From positions 186,001-250,000 of the forward strand of contig JABLTG010000003.1 of assembly GCA_016618085.1 (NCBI GenBank): DNA of 64,000 bases, given 5' to 3'. Below are positions 1 through 14,339 of the stretch, piece after piece (the first letter of the stretch is position 1; each line of letters starts with the position of its first letter). Both the position numbers and the translations under genes were made by a program. The notes below the pieces were generated by a model, which had not been told where the DNA came from, did not search any database, and worked only from the letters and a program-made list of their open reading frames with translations. The DNA is from Neovahlkampfia damariscottae (Eukaryota).

Positions 1-2647
1 TTTGCTTGACATTATAAAATCAGAAAATGTGAAAGGAAAGAAAATGGATCATCCATTTCAATGGACTACAAATGGGAAATTTTTAATCAGAACATCATGT
101 TGTGGAAATATAGCTGTTTGGTTGATGGACTTTGATAAATCTCATGAAAAGAAGGTGAAAATTGATACAGTTACAACTTCTAAACTTGATGCTGGATGGC
201 CAATAACAAATGTAAAAAGTAAAATCACTTCAAGTTGCTTTGCCGTTGATCGACATAATATACCAAAATTAGTGTATGGATTCGAAAATGGAAACATTCA
301 AATTATTGCTTGCGTTGAAGGAGGAAAAGTATTAACATTCAAAGCACATGATAAAAAAATTACATCATTATTAGTGATGTATGCCAAAGGAAATGATGAC
401 AGAAGTTTGATTTCAGGTTCTCTTGATTTCTCTGTAAAAATTTGGGATTTGAGGTAACAACACAAATTGAATGAAATTGAACTTTTTTTTTTTAGAACGT
501 CAGATTTAGTTAAAGTTTTCAATTATCACAGTCAACAAGTTCAAATCTTATTTAGACCTCCAAAAGAAGTTTCTTCTCGTTTGGGAGCATGGTAATTTTT
601 TGAAGAATTTAATTTTTCAGTTTTTGTTCAGTTTCAGATGACAGATCAGTTGTTATTTACTCATTGGATACATTGAAAGTATTGCATGTTCTTGGAGGAC
701 ATTCAAGTGGTGTGATAGCTGTTTATTGGAGAACAGATTTGGACAATCTGCTTGTGAGATGTGCCGATGGTTCAGTTTATGTCTGGCAATTAACAAATGG
801 AATTTTGGACCGTCAAATAACAGGAAAACTTGCTGCTGAATTGATTGAAAGATCAGAAGGTCCTGGGTGGAAAAAACCAACTGGAAAAATCACATTTTCT
901 AAACAGTCTGTTTATTCAAAATCTAAAGGTTTATTGGAGACTGTTTCATTAGCCATCAATGATCAAGAACCAGATGTTAAACTATTGATGCTTAGTGTTA
1001 GACACTTAATTTCATACATCTCTGAAAACAAACTTGAAATTCAAACATGCATCAAAGATATAAAGAATTCACCGTTGCCATATATTGTAACAACAGCTTT
1101 GTCATACATTTTTGAATTTGGTCACAGTAAATATGTCAAAGATTTGCGTCAAAAGCTTGGAATACAACAACCAAACCCATCTGCTCATATGGGTATTCAT
1201 GGGAGTGGAACATCAATTTCATTACTTGTACCAAATGCTTCTGAATATCTTAGTCCTTTTAGTTTTTCACCAGTTCTCAGTTCATTATATTCAATTAATT
1301 GTGTAGCTGTTTTAAAGTCATTCAGTTCAATTCCAGAATTAAATCAATTGTGTAATTCCTGTATAAAATATTACTTGCTTGATATGCCAAGAGAAGTTGG
1401 AAAATTTGAAGAACCTTCATTTTTATATTCTTCACAATTTTTGAAAGATCCTTTAAGTAAAATAATCAAATCTAATTTCATTTTTTTTTTAATAGAGGAC
1501 ATTCAACTTGCTGCAAAAGCTGTTATGGATTCTGCAATCAAAAGACTATCCAAAGAAAAAATAAGAGAATTAAGTGAACAATTATCAACAATGCGTAATT
1601 CATTTTTTTTTAATTCTTGTTAGTTTTGGAGTGTCATAATACAGAAAATCAATCAAAAAGACATAGAATTGTTATCGCGCTTGCAAGTTTGCTCTATAAA
1701 GCAAAGGATATTGTTGAATCAAGAATTACATCCATTACAGCAATGGGCTTAGTCGAAATTTTAGAAAAAGGAGGCTCTCAACATGTTACTGCAATTTCAC
1801 TTTTAGGTGATGGATTTGATATTTGGAAATATTATATTCCTGATACACATGCATTCGCAAATCAATTATTTCAATTAGCATTACCTGCTTTAACATTAGA
1901 TAAGAAGAAAGTTGTTGAAACCATCGCAATTGATGCTCTTCAAGCATTTATTTCAATGGCAAATGCAGATCCTAAACTTTATATCGATTTTATTTACACA
2001 ATTGTCAATCAACCTCATACACCTTCAAGTATTATTTGTTCTGCAATTACTTCATTATATCCATTGATGCACAAATATCCACATTGTTTAATTGATCATT
2101 TAGACTTTATTATTAATTTAATTTTGAAAGTGCTTGATCCTCATGTTATTTCAGTTCGTGATGCTTGTTTGAATTCATCAACAAATATTTTGAGATATAT
2201 GGTGGAAGTTTATCCAACTGTATCATTTCATCAAGAAAATCAAAAATTAACTGTTGGTACTAGAAGTGGAACAATTATTGTTTATGATATCAGAACTGCT
2301 TCAAAATGGCAACAATTTGATGCATACAAAGATAAAGAAATTAATGCTTTAATATTTAATCCAGTTGGAGATAAAATTGCTTCCTACTGTGAACAAGTAA
2401 TTTCCCATTGATTATTAACTTTTATTAGGAAGGAACTTGCAACGTATGGAATATTGATTCAAATAATGTTTTAAATTTCTTTGGTGTTTCATCTAGACAA
2501 CTTGAAGTTTTCAAAGTTAATCAACAAAAAGAGTTTAAAATCGAGGATCCTTTAAAGCATGCAAGTGTCGCTTGGAAATCTTCTAAATATATAGTATTAA
2601 AATTAGGACCGGGTTTAAATGAAATTACTTTCACAACTACTTCATAA
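1..2647 (+). CDS. WDR7: WDR7/Rabconnectin-3-beta-like WD40 protein, 5'-partial, multi-exon
   Basis: WD40 motifs (LISGSLDFSVKIWD; GHSSGVIAVYWR..DGSVYVWQL) and a C-terminal helical region followed by YPTVSFH..QKLTVGT. Introns include 454-495, 592-620 and 1457-1495. TAA at 2645-2647. Confidence 0.8.
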
Positions 2648-2717
2648 AGAAATAAAGTATTTTAATTGGATAGTTTGATTTTTTGTGATGTCTAACGGAA
2701 ACGGAACCAACCATAAA

Positions 2718-3143
2718 ATGCTCGATGAAGAAGTTAAAATTGAAGATCTATCAATGGAGTAAGTTTTACTCTCATATTAATAAAAAGGCTGAAAGAAAAT
2801 GAATACACAGTCTCAGAAGAAAAATCAAAGGAAGTGACACAAAATTTTGAACATGTAAAAACAATTCTCAAGACCTATACAGAAGAAGAAACCAAAAAAA
2901 GGGATAAAATATCAGAAAAATTGGAAAAACTGTCTAGTTCTATCAAAGAAGCGGAAACTGAATTACAACAAGTACAAAAAGAAGAAAAGATAGAAGTTCT
3001 GGTAAGAATAAGTTTTTTATATTTCTAATGATTCCATAGAAAAAAAAAGAAACTTTCATGAGTTACTTTCAAAAATTTTTGATGATTTTTATAATTTCTA
3101 TGATAATTTTGTACATAATTTTAACAGCAATTCCAAAAATTAA
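2718..3143 (+). CDS. small coiled-coil hypothetical protein (3 exons)
   Basis: ATG at 2718. Two GT-AG micro-introns join MLDEEVKIEDLSME, ORF 2834-3028 and a last exon ending in TAA. Confidence 0.55.
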
Positions 3144-3243
3144 TTCACCACCACCAATTTAATATTCAAATGAAAAAATAAAAAATCAACTTTTCCACCT
3201 TCCAACAGTTTTGATTCGTCACTTGTCTCTAAAGTAAAAACTG

Positions 3244-3846
3244 ATGAAACTTTTACTTGTTTGTGTTGCTCTTCTTTTTGCTTTTACTTTAGCCAAAGAA
3301 TATAAAGTCAGATTTCAATTAAAAACTGGAAATATCACACTTCACGTAAACAGTGAATGGGCTCCAAATGGAGTTGAAAGATTCATGAAACTTGTTAAAG
3401 AAAAATACTATGACGATAATGGATTCTTTAGAGTTGTTCCTAACTTCGTAGTACAATTTGGAATCAATGGTGATCCAAAAATCTCAGGAAAATATAGAAA
3501 TGCAAGAATTCAAGACGATAAAGTTATAAAATCCAATTTAAGGTTTTAAAAACATCAAATATTAAACAATTTTAGAGGGTGGGTTAGTTATGCAGCGATG
3601 CCACAACCACACACAAGAACAACTCAATTATTTATTAATTTAGTTAACAATCAAAGATTAGATGGAATGGGATTTGCTCCTTTCGCTTATATCAATGAAA
3701 AAGATATGAAACTTGTTGATAAAATTTATTCAGGTTATGGTCAAAGACCAAATCAAGCATCTATTTATTCACTTGGAAATTCATATTTAAAACAAACTTT
3801 TCCAAACTTAGATTACCTTAAAAAAGCCAGAGTTATCAAAAAATAA
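3244..3846 (+). CDS. secreted cyclophilin-type peptidyl-prolyl isomerase
   Basis: Signal peptide, FFRVVPNFVVQFG and RTTQLFIN motifs. Intron 3543-3575 restores N-L-R-G-W-V-S-Y-A. Confidence 0.9.
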
Positions 3847-3938
3847 ACTTCAAATTTTTTAACTTTTGCTTTTCCAATAAATAGAGCCAAATTTATTTTT
3901 AATTCTCCAATCAAAATCAACCTCAAACGAAACTCAAA

Positions 3939-6001
3939 ATGTTTGATGAAAGTATATTGTTCCCAGAAATGTTTAAATCATTTACTAAAATGTTTGGTGG
4001 TCGTCAGTACCCTGATATTACGCTAATAAAACACCTTGAACATGAGAAATTTAAAGAAAATTGTTTCGACTGTATTCTCCATTTGAAAAAAGGAAGAAAA
4101 AAAAAATTACAAGAATTTTTCTCAAAATTTCTTGAACCAAAAAATGAACAGTACCACCATGAAACAGTTTTCAGACTTCATTCTCTTTCAAACCACCCAG
4201 AGCAATGGTAACAAAAAAAAAATTAAAAAAAAAATTTAGTTCAGATTATGGCTTCAACTTCAAAGAATTATATTCTATGCTAAAAGAGTCTGGTGGATTT
4301 ACTATTTTATGCAAATTAATTAACCATCAGCATAAAAATGTTGATTTCTCTCTTGAAAGTGTTTGTTACTTCACTCTCAGTTCTCTTGGTATGTTTTGTA
4401 GAAAAGAACAAAAAGAATTAGACGATAAATTTGAAAAGAACAAAATATTTCCATCAGAAGCAGAAGTAGTTAATTATGAAGTCACAAAATATTTCACAGA
4501 TATTGGAGTTGTAAAAGAAATGTCCATGATTGTTTGTGACTCCAGATCTATTTTTGAAAAATTAAAAGCGATTCATGTTTTAAGATTTATGACTTGGCAT
4601 ATACCTGCTGCTAAAATTGTACATGATGCTGGTGTTGCTCCATATGTTTTTAATTCATTTAGAAATTCAGAAAATGAGATTTTGAAATTATACAAATCAA
4701 AATTCACAAAATATCAATTATACATTGCTTGCTTTGGTACAAATGGAACAAAATATTCGACTCCCATTGATTTAGAAGATATTACCCAAGAAGAAGCAAG
4801 AGATCGTACATTAACTAGAATTTATGGTTTAAAAGAAAATGCAGGTGCTCTTTTGGCACTTTTTGCAAGATTTTCTTCAGGAATTCAAACTTTATGGAAA
4901 GAAGGAATAATTGATCAACATTTAGAAATGTTAAAGAGACATTGTAAAAAATTTGCAGACGATGATATTATGACTTCTGTTTGGATGCTTTTTGGAATGT
5001 TAACTGAAACAAAAGAACAATGTGAAATACTCATTAAAAGAGATATACTAACTCATTTGAAAAAATGGATACTTCATCCAACTTGTACGATGTTAATTCA
5101 TTCACTTCGTTGTTTACATAATTTGGTGAAATATTCACCAACAACAAAAAAAGAAATTGCAAAGGAAACAATGATTATGCATCATTTAGTTGATAATATC
5201 CACCATTGTAATGGAAGAACACAACTTGAAGTGTTAAATTTTTTACTTGAATTCTTGAAAGTAAAATCAGTTGTGAAAATGTTATCACAAGTTCCATGTG
5301 AATCTATCTTTGAACTTTGTATCATTTACTCAAAAACTCATTCGGAAATTGGCTCTAAACTCTTACAAGGAATCGCAAATTACTATCCAAATTATATCAC
5401 ACAACATCATTTAGTTCACATGCCAAGTTATTTACGTGAAGGTGAAAAACATCATGCAAAAATTATGAAATATAAAGAAAAGGGAAATGAATTTTTTAAA
5501 AAAAAAGAATTTGAAAAAGCAATTGTGCAATATGATAAAGGTATAAATTTGTTAAACTTTTGGGGTGTTGATACTCCATTGTCAGTTTTATTGTCAAATC
5601 GTGCTGAATGTAATATTCAATTAAAAAATTATGACGATGCAATTAGAGATTGTTCAAAATCATTAGCAGGTGATCATCAAAATTTAAAATCAATAATAAG
5701 ATTTGGTAAAGCATTACAAGCCAAAGGAATGATATTTGAAGCTTTAAATTACTTTTATGATGCAAATATTAAAACTCCAAACTCGGAAATTCAAAAAACA
5801 ATTAAAGTATGAAATTAATCTTCAAAACTAATATTTTCACAAAAGACCCTAGAAAAGGAATTAGATGTGCCAAAAATTTGTGAATACTGTAATTCTTTTA
5901 AACAAGATATGGCAAAATGTACTTGTTTAAAAGTTAGATATTGTGATAGAGAATGTCAAAAAGAACATTGGAAAGATCATAAAAAATATTGTTTGAAATA
6001 A
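3939..6001 (+). CDS. ARM-like helical region + TPR + C-terminal MYND zinc finger protein
   Basis: TPR motif (KEKGNEFFKKKEFEKAIVQYDKGI..SNRAEC). The last exon after the intron at about 5808 encodes CEYC..KCTCLKVRYCDRECQKEHWKDHKKYC (MYND). Confidence 0.8.
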
Positions 6002-6056
6002 ATTCTTCTTTTCTTTTTGGAATCTCTTTCATTGGTTAATTTTTCTTTTTTTCCAA

Positions 6057-9000
6057 ATGAGTCAGAGTAACGATAAAAACAAAATTCAACAATTCCTGGT
6101 GGATATCAAAAGAACAAAAGGATCTGATAAGAAAATCCTTGGTCATTTGGAATTTATTTTATTACAAAATCCACAATTATTAGCGGAAACTTTTGAGCTT
6201 GTTTTTTCTTTGATTCATGTGAATGAATTACAAATTCACTTATTTTTATCAAGTTTTATTGAAAAAATATGTCGTGCAAATCCAAATTGTAAAATAAGTT
6301 TTTTTTTTTTAAATTCAAAAACAAGTTATTCTCCCAAGTTTAAAAGTTATTTTACATTTAGCTGCTGTTCAAGATGTTAAATTAATTAAATCTGTTATAA
6401 CAGCAATGACAACTATTTACAAAAGAGCTCTTCATATTATGTATTGTTTTTTTTTTTTTTTTTAAATTTTAGGTCTTCTTTTTCTGTTCAAAATAATGAT
6501 TTACAACAAATGAATGGAATGTTAATTTCATTAAAAAATAAAATAATACAATGGGCAGGACACCAAAATCAAGGTGTAAAAATTCACGCTTTTCATTTTA
6601 TTGAATCAATTGTACTTTGTTTTTCAAATCCACCTTCAGAACCTTTGCAAATTGTAAAAAAAAAAAACATTAAAATAATCATAGGCAACAAGAAAAGGAA
6701 CAAAATCAACTCGTGAAACTATAGATCAAAGTGATTTTGATTTAACAATGATACCACAATCACATCCATATTTAAAAAATTCATCTTTAGAAGCTGAAGG
6801 TGAAAAATTGATATCATTATTAGCTACAGAATTTAAAAAACAAGAATCGTAAAAAGTTGCAATAATTTATTATTTTTTTTTAGTTTCATGGCTGTATCAA
6901 CAATTTTGAATTGTTTTTTCACAATAATTAAACAAAGAACTTCATTTTGGCCTGTTATTATACCTTTAATTGATCATTTAACTTCAAATTTGACAGAAAA
7001 ATTTCCACAAAGCCAAGCAATTAGTTTAAGATTCACTTTACGTCAAATTTTAATGTTTTTATTAAAAATGCCTCAAACTTTTCAATATAGAAAATTATTA
7101 ATTGACTCTTTAAAAAAAGTTGATATCAAAGGTGAAATTATTGAACAAACAGTCAAACTTGTTGATGTAAAAAAAAAAAAAAATTAACACAAAATTTTAG
7201 AAAGCTTTACCAAAAAAAAGGAACATTGAAGAATCAACAAAACCATCAAAAAAAGTTAAATTAGAAACATCTGAAGATTATTTTCCAACACCTTGGGGTA
7301 ATAAGACCAAAGAAGAATTATCAGAAATTTTAATTGAAGTTTTAAAGAATTCACCAGTTCAAAAACCAAAAACAAAAACATCACAAAGTGTTAATTTTAA
7401 TACATATGCTTCTGTTATTATGCAAATGATGAAAAATCAAGACGAAGAAAGTAGATTTTACATTCAAAATTATATTTCACAAAATGAAGAAATAACCATT
7501 GATAGAACAAGAGATCCAAGATTAAAGATGATGGAATCAAAAACAACTAATATTTCCATTGAACAAGAAACAAAAAATGAAGAAGAAATGAAAAAATTAA
7601 TCAACCAATTTAAATCAAAAGTAACCATACTCTCTTCAGATCAAAAACAAGATTTATTAAAAAATGTAAGTATATGGTTATTTAAATGATTTTAAAGAGA
7701 TGGGATATGGTTTTACAAGATAAACAATTATTCAACCAACAATCTATTTTAAGAGATTCTCTGATTTCCAGATTTGTAGTTCAACATTCAATGAATAGTC
7801 AAATATTTAAGGATTTATTTTTATTCATTTCGTTAAATTTAAGAAAACATTTTTCTTTGTTGATCCAATGGTTGAATCAAGAATATTCCACTGAATTATT
7901 GAATGAAAATATGATTGGTTCAAATAAAGTTGATAAAATGGATGTCGAAAATGATGGAAGATATGAAAAAATAGTTGATTCATTTTTGAAAGTTTTTAAA
8001 GATAAATTAGAACCAAATGATCCTTTATTCTCAAGATTTTTAGTCGAAATTCCAAAAGTAACAATTAATTGTTATGACTACATTGATGAATATTTAAAAG
8101 ATTCAACAAGAATATCTTCAGGTTTGAATAGTTTAAAAGAGTTAATTGTTGAACGTGAAACATCAAGAGATTATTGTTTGAAAAGAATGTTGGAGTCATC
8201 AATGTCAAGTGATGAAAATGTTCAACTGACTTCTATTGCTTTAATTCAAAATGAATTATTTAATATGGATTCAATTTCTGAGGAAATATTATCATTTACT
8301 GTGGAAAAGTTAAAATTATTTTTAGATCAAAGTTTAACATGGGATTCTGATTCTGCACGTTCAAATATTTTATTGTTCTTTTCTTTGTGTGAAAGAAAAA
8401 CAGATTTAATTGATAAATTTGTTGAAGTTTTTGTGAAATTAGATGAAGAAAAAAAGATAACTGAAGAACCAATGAAAACAATAATCACTGAATTTCAGAA
8501 ATTAGTTCAAATTTTAGGAACTGAATCAAGTTATTTATTGAATTTCCTAAAAACCTTCGACTCAAATGCAGAAAAAATATCATTAATCATTGTTCAAACA
8601 CTTGTTGAATCAATAAAGTCAGGTAGTTCACCATCACCTGATTTTATTTCTACTGTAAAATCAATATTTTTCGATAGAAAAAAAAGAAATGCTAAATTTT
8701 TACTTCATTTACTTCCTTTATTGACAACAGAAGAGATCAAAGAAGCTCTTCAAGAAATCATCAAATTACCAAAAGAAATTGTCAAAGAAGCATTTGATAG
8801 AATATTAATGTTAGGTGGAGTATCACAAATTTTATCACCATCTCAATTATTGATTGCCTTACATGAAATTGATGCAAATGAAAGCAAAACACTTCGTACA
8901 AAAATTATGGATTCTATCAATATTTGCTTTGAAAATGATTTGATTTGTCAAAAAAATGTTCTTTCCATGGTCATTCAAAATTTAGCAGAATTGAATCCAA

Positions 9001-9317
9001 TTCCGTTATTAGCCATGTCAACCATTATTAAATCATTACAAAAATGTGAAGATTTGTCAAATATTGTGGTCACAGTACTCAAGAGGTTAGCTCAAAAGAA
9101 AGTATTTCAATCACCTGTTGTTTATCAAGGATTTATTAAATGTATTCAAATGAAAGAATTACCACTGGATGTTTATGAATCTTTGACTTTATTACCAACT
9201 TCTGAATTGATTGCATTATTAAAATCAAATTCAACTATTAAATCAAACTTTTCAAGTTATGTCTCAAATAAGAAAATTAATATCAAAAACAAAGAATTAA
9301 AAGAATTGATTCAATAA
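6057..9317 (+). CDS. SYMPK: symplekin (mRNA 3'-end processing scaffold), multi-exon
   Basis: N-terminal GVKIHAFHFIESIVL and DFDL..IP..HP motifs, an RDPRL motif, and C-terminal LSPSQLLIALH, IPLLAMSTII and VYQGFIKC motifs. Confidence 0.85.
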
Positions 9318-9437
9318 AAAAATTTTATTAAAAAGTAGACAATTTTTTCCTGAATTCTGAACCAATAGATGTCAAAAAAAAAAAAAAAAAAAAAAAGAAA
9401 AATAAATAAAAAGAATGAACATTTTAATACAAAAGAA

Positions 9438-10146
9438 TTACAAAATGGTACATCCTTTTTTCTTTGGTGGTTTTGGAGGTTCTTTATCTTTCATCGCTGC
9501 TTCAATAGCATCTTCAAACACACCTTTGAGACCATCTTGAGTTTTAGCTGAACATTCAACATAACTATAAGCACTAATTTCTTCTTTTAATTTTAAACCC
9601 TGTTCCGTTGTGATTGGTTTAATGTCTTTTGAAGCTAATTTATCCATAGTTTCTTTATGTTCTTTTAAATCGATTTTTGTACCAACTAAAATAATTGGAG
9701 CACCAGGACAATATTGAACAAGTTCAGGAACCCATTTTGTTGTCACTTTTTAAAAAAAAAAATTAATTTTTTTTTTTTGTTTTCTTACCATTATCATATG
9801 AATTTGGATTTACAACAGAGAAACAGACAATGAAAACTTCAGTATCTGGATAACTTAGAGGTCTAATTCTATCATAATCTTCTTGACCAGCTGTATCCCA
9901 TAAACCGAGAGAGACACTTTGTTTATTCCAAGTCACATTTGCGTTATAGTTATCAAAAACAGTTGGTACATAATCTAAAGTAAAAAATTAATTTTTTTTT
10001 TTCTTTTTTTTTACCATCTGGAAAAGTGTTACTTGCGTAAGAGATTAAAAGACAAGTTTTTCCTTTGACAACTTTGAGGTTTTTTTTTTGTTCTTACCGA
10101 CAGCACCGTCACCTACGACGACACACTTAATTGTTATATCTGACAT
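9438..10146 (-). CDS. RAC: Rac/Rho-family small GTPase (4 exons)
   Basis: [41 protein letters not shown], and a polybasic tail with CAAX (KKKGCTIL). Confidence 0.95.
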
Positions 10147-10618
10147 TTTGTTCTATTTTTTGTTTTCTTTACGATTTTAAAAAGAACTGTGTAACGAAAA
10201 GCAAAGCAAGTTCACCAATGAGAATCGTTGACCAATGAGATTTTTTTTAAATTGGTTTTGATTTTCATTTTGACAGATTTTGTTTTATTTATTGATTTTT
10301 TTTAAAAATATTAGTTTTTTTAACAAATTCGACCGTATAAAACTGACCAATCATGAAGCAACTCCCAGACCAATCGAAAAATGTCAAAAATTAATTATTT
10401 TTGAGCTCTTTAAATATTTTATTGAAAGAAAAAGGTTAAACTTAACAAATTAATAGTACAAACTCAAAATGGTAGCAAAATACCGAAAAATCAAAAAAAA
10501 AAAAAAAAAGATTCGAAAACTGGATTTGTGATATTGAACTGAATCAGCACATGGACATTTTCAAGAAAATAAAAAAAAATAAAAATAAAAATTTTCCTTT
10601 TCAGTTATCCAATCAAAC

Positions 10619-12945
10619 ATGTCAGAGAAAGAGAAGGAAGGAATGAAGGTCCAAGAAACTGGAGACATAAATGAAGAAAAACCTGTCAAAAACAACAATA
10701 TAAAAATGGTTCCAGCCTATAAATTAGTCAAAACAATTGACGTTGGAATCAGAATGATACCAGGTAAGACAAAAAAAAAAGAAAATATTAAAAAAAAATA
10801 AAAGAGGACCAAAAAATTGATCCTGATGATGAAAATGATGATGATTCTATGTATGAACCATTTAATATACCACTTCCAATTCCACCAAATTGCAAATTAT
10901 TTAATTCTCCGGAAGCAAAAAGCGCAAAAGAGTCAACGGTGTCTCAAGAAATACCTATTAAAATTCAAGAAAATACAAAGAAAAGACTAATTGAACCTTC
11001 TTTACCACCTCTAAACTGTAAACTTTTTATTTTTTTTATCTTAATAAAAAAGCACTAAATTTAAAAGAAAACTCAAATAATTATGTATACGAAGATGCTT
11101 GGAATGTTGAAAATAGTCGTCCTTTAATCGAAAAAGTTTTAGTAAAAAAAGATGATGTAGACCGTTCTGACTGGCATGCAAGAGTTTTAGAAAAACATCC
11201 TTGTATTCAAGAATTAAAAGAAAGAATATATCCACTTTGGAGAGCTATTAGTTTTGGTCAAAGTTTTAATGCAGGTAGAAAAGATGTTGTTGATAAATTA
11301 GATGATCAAATTATAACTCAATTGATTTATCAACATTTAAGATTTGAAGGTTTAAAAGAAACAAAAAAAAAACTTGAAGAAGAATCTGGTCTTTCTGCTA
11401 AACATATTGATGTTGATCAATCTTTAATTCATGCACACATTAAAGAAGCTATAAAACGTACAGAAAATATTTATGATACTGTCATTGGTGATAAATTACC
11501 ACCTAAAAATCGTAAAAATAAAACAGAAATTTTGAAGGTTTTGAATAAATAATCTCTAAACATTTATAATAGGAAATTGATGAAAGATTAGGTGATATTG
11601 GTATTGAAGATGAAAGTACATTTGGTGGATCTGAAAATACAAATATAGATATTTGGGATGATTTAAAAGCCAAAGAAAATGTATTAATTGAAACAGATCC
11701 AATTTCAAGAATTTCAACTTTCAGAGGAGCTTCTTTAAATCATTTAATTATGAGATTGACAGATAAAAATGTGGAAGATTATGAAAATTATCTCTTATGT
11801 TTTCTTGTTACTTATCAAAGTTTTACAACAACAGAAATTTTAATTACCAAATTAATTGAAAGAGCTCATCCACCTACAAATGTAGAAGATACTAAAGCGG
11901 AAGATATCAAAGATTTAGTTCTTAGAGTTTTTAAAATATTGGTGACAGATCATTTTAGTCATTTAAATCCAAGAATTTTAACAAGATTAATGTCATATAT
12001 AAAAGATGATTATGAAAAGAAATCATCAATTAAACCAACAACAACAGAATTTGAAAAATTAATTCAAATTTCATCAAATCCTTCAATTCCACAATTATTA
12101 ACTGATCCACCAAAACCAAAAGTTAATACAACATCACAAACAAAAGAAAATATTTTTCATCATGAATTATTTATTTTAGATGTGGATGAAGAAGAAATTG
12201 CACGTCAATTGAGTTTAATTGATTTTGAATTATTTTATGTTATCCGTTCAGAAGAATTTCTCAATAGAAATTGGGATCAAACAAAAACAAAACATAGAGC
12301 TCCAAATATAATTCGTATGATTGACCATTTTAATGATATTTCAACTTGGATTACAAGTTTAATAGTTACATGTCCTGATTTAAAAGAAAGAAGAACAAGA
12401 TTAACAAAATGTTTGAAATTATGTCAACATTTAAAAGAAATGAATAGTTTTGATAGTTTTCATGCTGTTTTAACTGGAATTTTTGATCCAGCTCTCAGAA
12501 GATTAAAACATACCATTGAAACTCTTCCAAATAATATCAAAGAAGTAAAAAAAAAAATATACATATTTTAACTTATTAGAAAATGGAACAATTTAGAAAT
12601 TTTTTTGAAAATGATAAAAATACTAATTATAGATCATATCATGATTTATTTAAAAAAGTTAAACAAGATGTACCTTGTATTCCTTATTTAAGAGTTTCAC
12701 TCACTGATTTAAAATTTATTGAAGATAATCAACCTTCAATTGTTAAGCATAATAATGTTAATTTAATTCATTGGACTAAAAAAGAAGCTGTTTATGAAAT
12801 TATCAAAGATGTTCAAAAATGTCAAAAAAGACCATTTAATTTTACTTATGTTCATCAAATTCAAGTGTTATTAAGATCATTAAAAGAAAAAATTGAAAGG
12901 AAAGATTTAATGAGACACTCTTTTAAAGTTGAAAGTGCAAAATAA
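10619..12945 (+). CDS. LisH-containing RasGEF (REM + CDC25 domain)
   Basis: LisH-like QLIYQHLRFEGLKETKKKLEEES, REM FLVTYQSFTT, and CDC25 motifs EEIARQLSLID, APNI..FN.IS.W and PCIPYL..LTDLKFIE. Confidence 0.88.
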
Positions 12946-13067
12946 ATATTTTAATTATTTTTAAAAAATGATGTGAAAAGACTTTGAGGGAAATTCAATT
13001 CGCAGTTGTAAACTATAAATAGTTGTCCAATCAGAAGATTTTTCTATTTTTAAACCAACTTTTTTTC

Positions 13068-14339
13068 ATGTTGGAATTGGAGGAGGAGAGAAAAATCAAC
13101 GTTACAATAATCGACGATAACGCATTTGAACTTCCAGAACGGTATACAGTTACTCATATATTAGGAAATGGAGGTTATGGAGTTGTTGCATCAGGATTTG
13201 ATATCGTCACCAAACAAAAAGTAGCTATAAAAAAATTACCAGCTATTTTCGAAAGAAACAATGAATTTCAAAAACGAATTTTGAGAGAAATCAAAGTCAT
13301 GAAATTTGCAACTGGTCACCCAAATGTAAAAAAAAAAAAAAAAAAAAACTAAAAAACTACGTTTTTAGATTGTTTCACTTCTAGATTTAATAGAACCACC
13401 AAGTTATAAAGAATTCAAAGATGTTTATATTGTGATGGTTTGAAAAAAAAAAAAAATTCTCAACAAAAACTTCATTTTAGGAATTGATGGATTCTGATTT
13501 GAAAACATTATTAAGAGGAAATCAAGAGATGAATGATGAAAATGTTAAATACTTTTTGTATAATATATTATCAGGTTTACATTATTTACACTCAGCAAAT
13601 ATTCTACATCGAGATTTAGTTTCAACAAAAAAAATAAAATTAACATTTTTCATAAAGAAACCTGAAAATATACTTTTGAATAAAGACATGGAAGTTAAAT
13701 TATGTGATTTTGGATTATCAAGAGGAATGGATGACTCAGATGAACAAGTTCATGCAACTCAATATGTTGCAACACGTTATTATAGAGCACCTGAATTATT
13801 ATTGTATTATGGATCTAATAGTAAAGCATTAGACATTTGGTCTGTTGGTTGTATTTTGGGTGAATTTCTACAAAGAGGTAAAAGACATCCTATTTTTCCA
13901 GGAAAGGATTTCAAATCTCAATTATTATTGATTGTAAAAACATTAGGTACTCCAGCAAAAGAAGATATTAAAGCATCTCAATCTGCTGCTAAATTTATGA
14001 ATGGATTACCAAAATTATCAAAAAAAGATTTTTCACTAAAATTTCCAAATGCCAACCCAAATGCTTTGGAATTATTGGATGATTTACTTCAATTTAATCC
14101 TGATAAAAGACCTTCAGTTGAAGAAGCTTTGAGACATAATTATTTGGAAGAAATTTTTGATACAGATGATATTCAATCATCAGATTCACCATTTGAAGAT
14201 GCTCTTAAAATTAATGAAACGGATCCTGAATTTTTAAAAAGTTTGATTTCATTTGTTTTTAATTGTTCTTTTAGAATTGATTTTTGAAGAAATAATGGAA
14301 TGGAGAAAAAATGAAGATAAAATGGAAATAGAAAAATAA
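13068..14339 (+). CDS. MAP kinase (TQY activation loop), 5 exons
   Basis: GNGGYG, VAIKK, ILREIK, HRDL|KPEN and DFG..TQYVATRYYRAPE. Confidence 0.92.
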
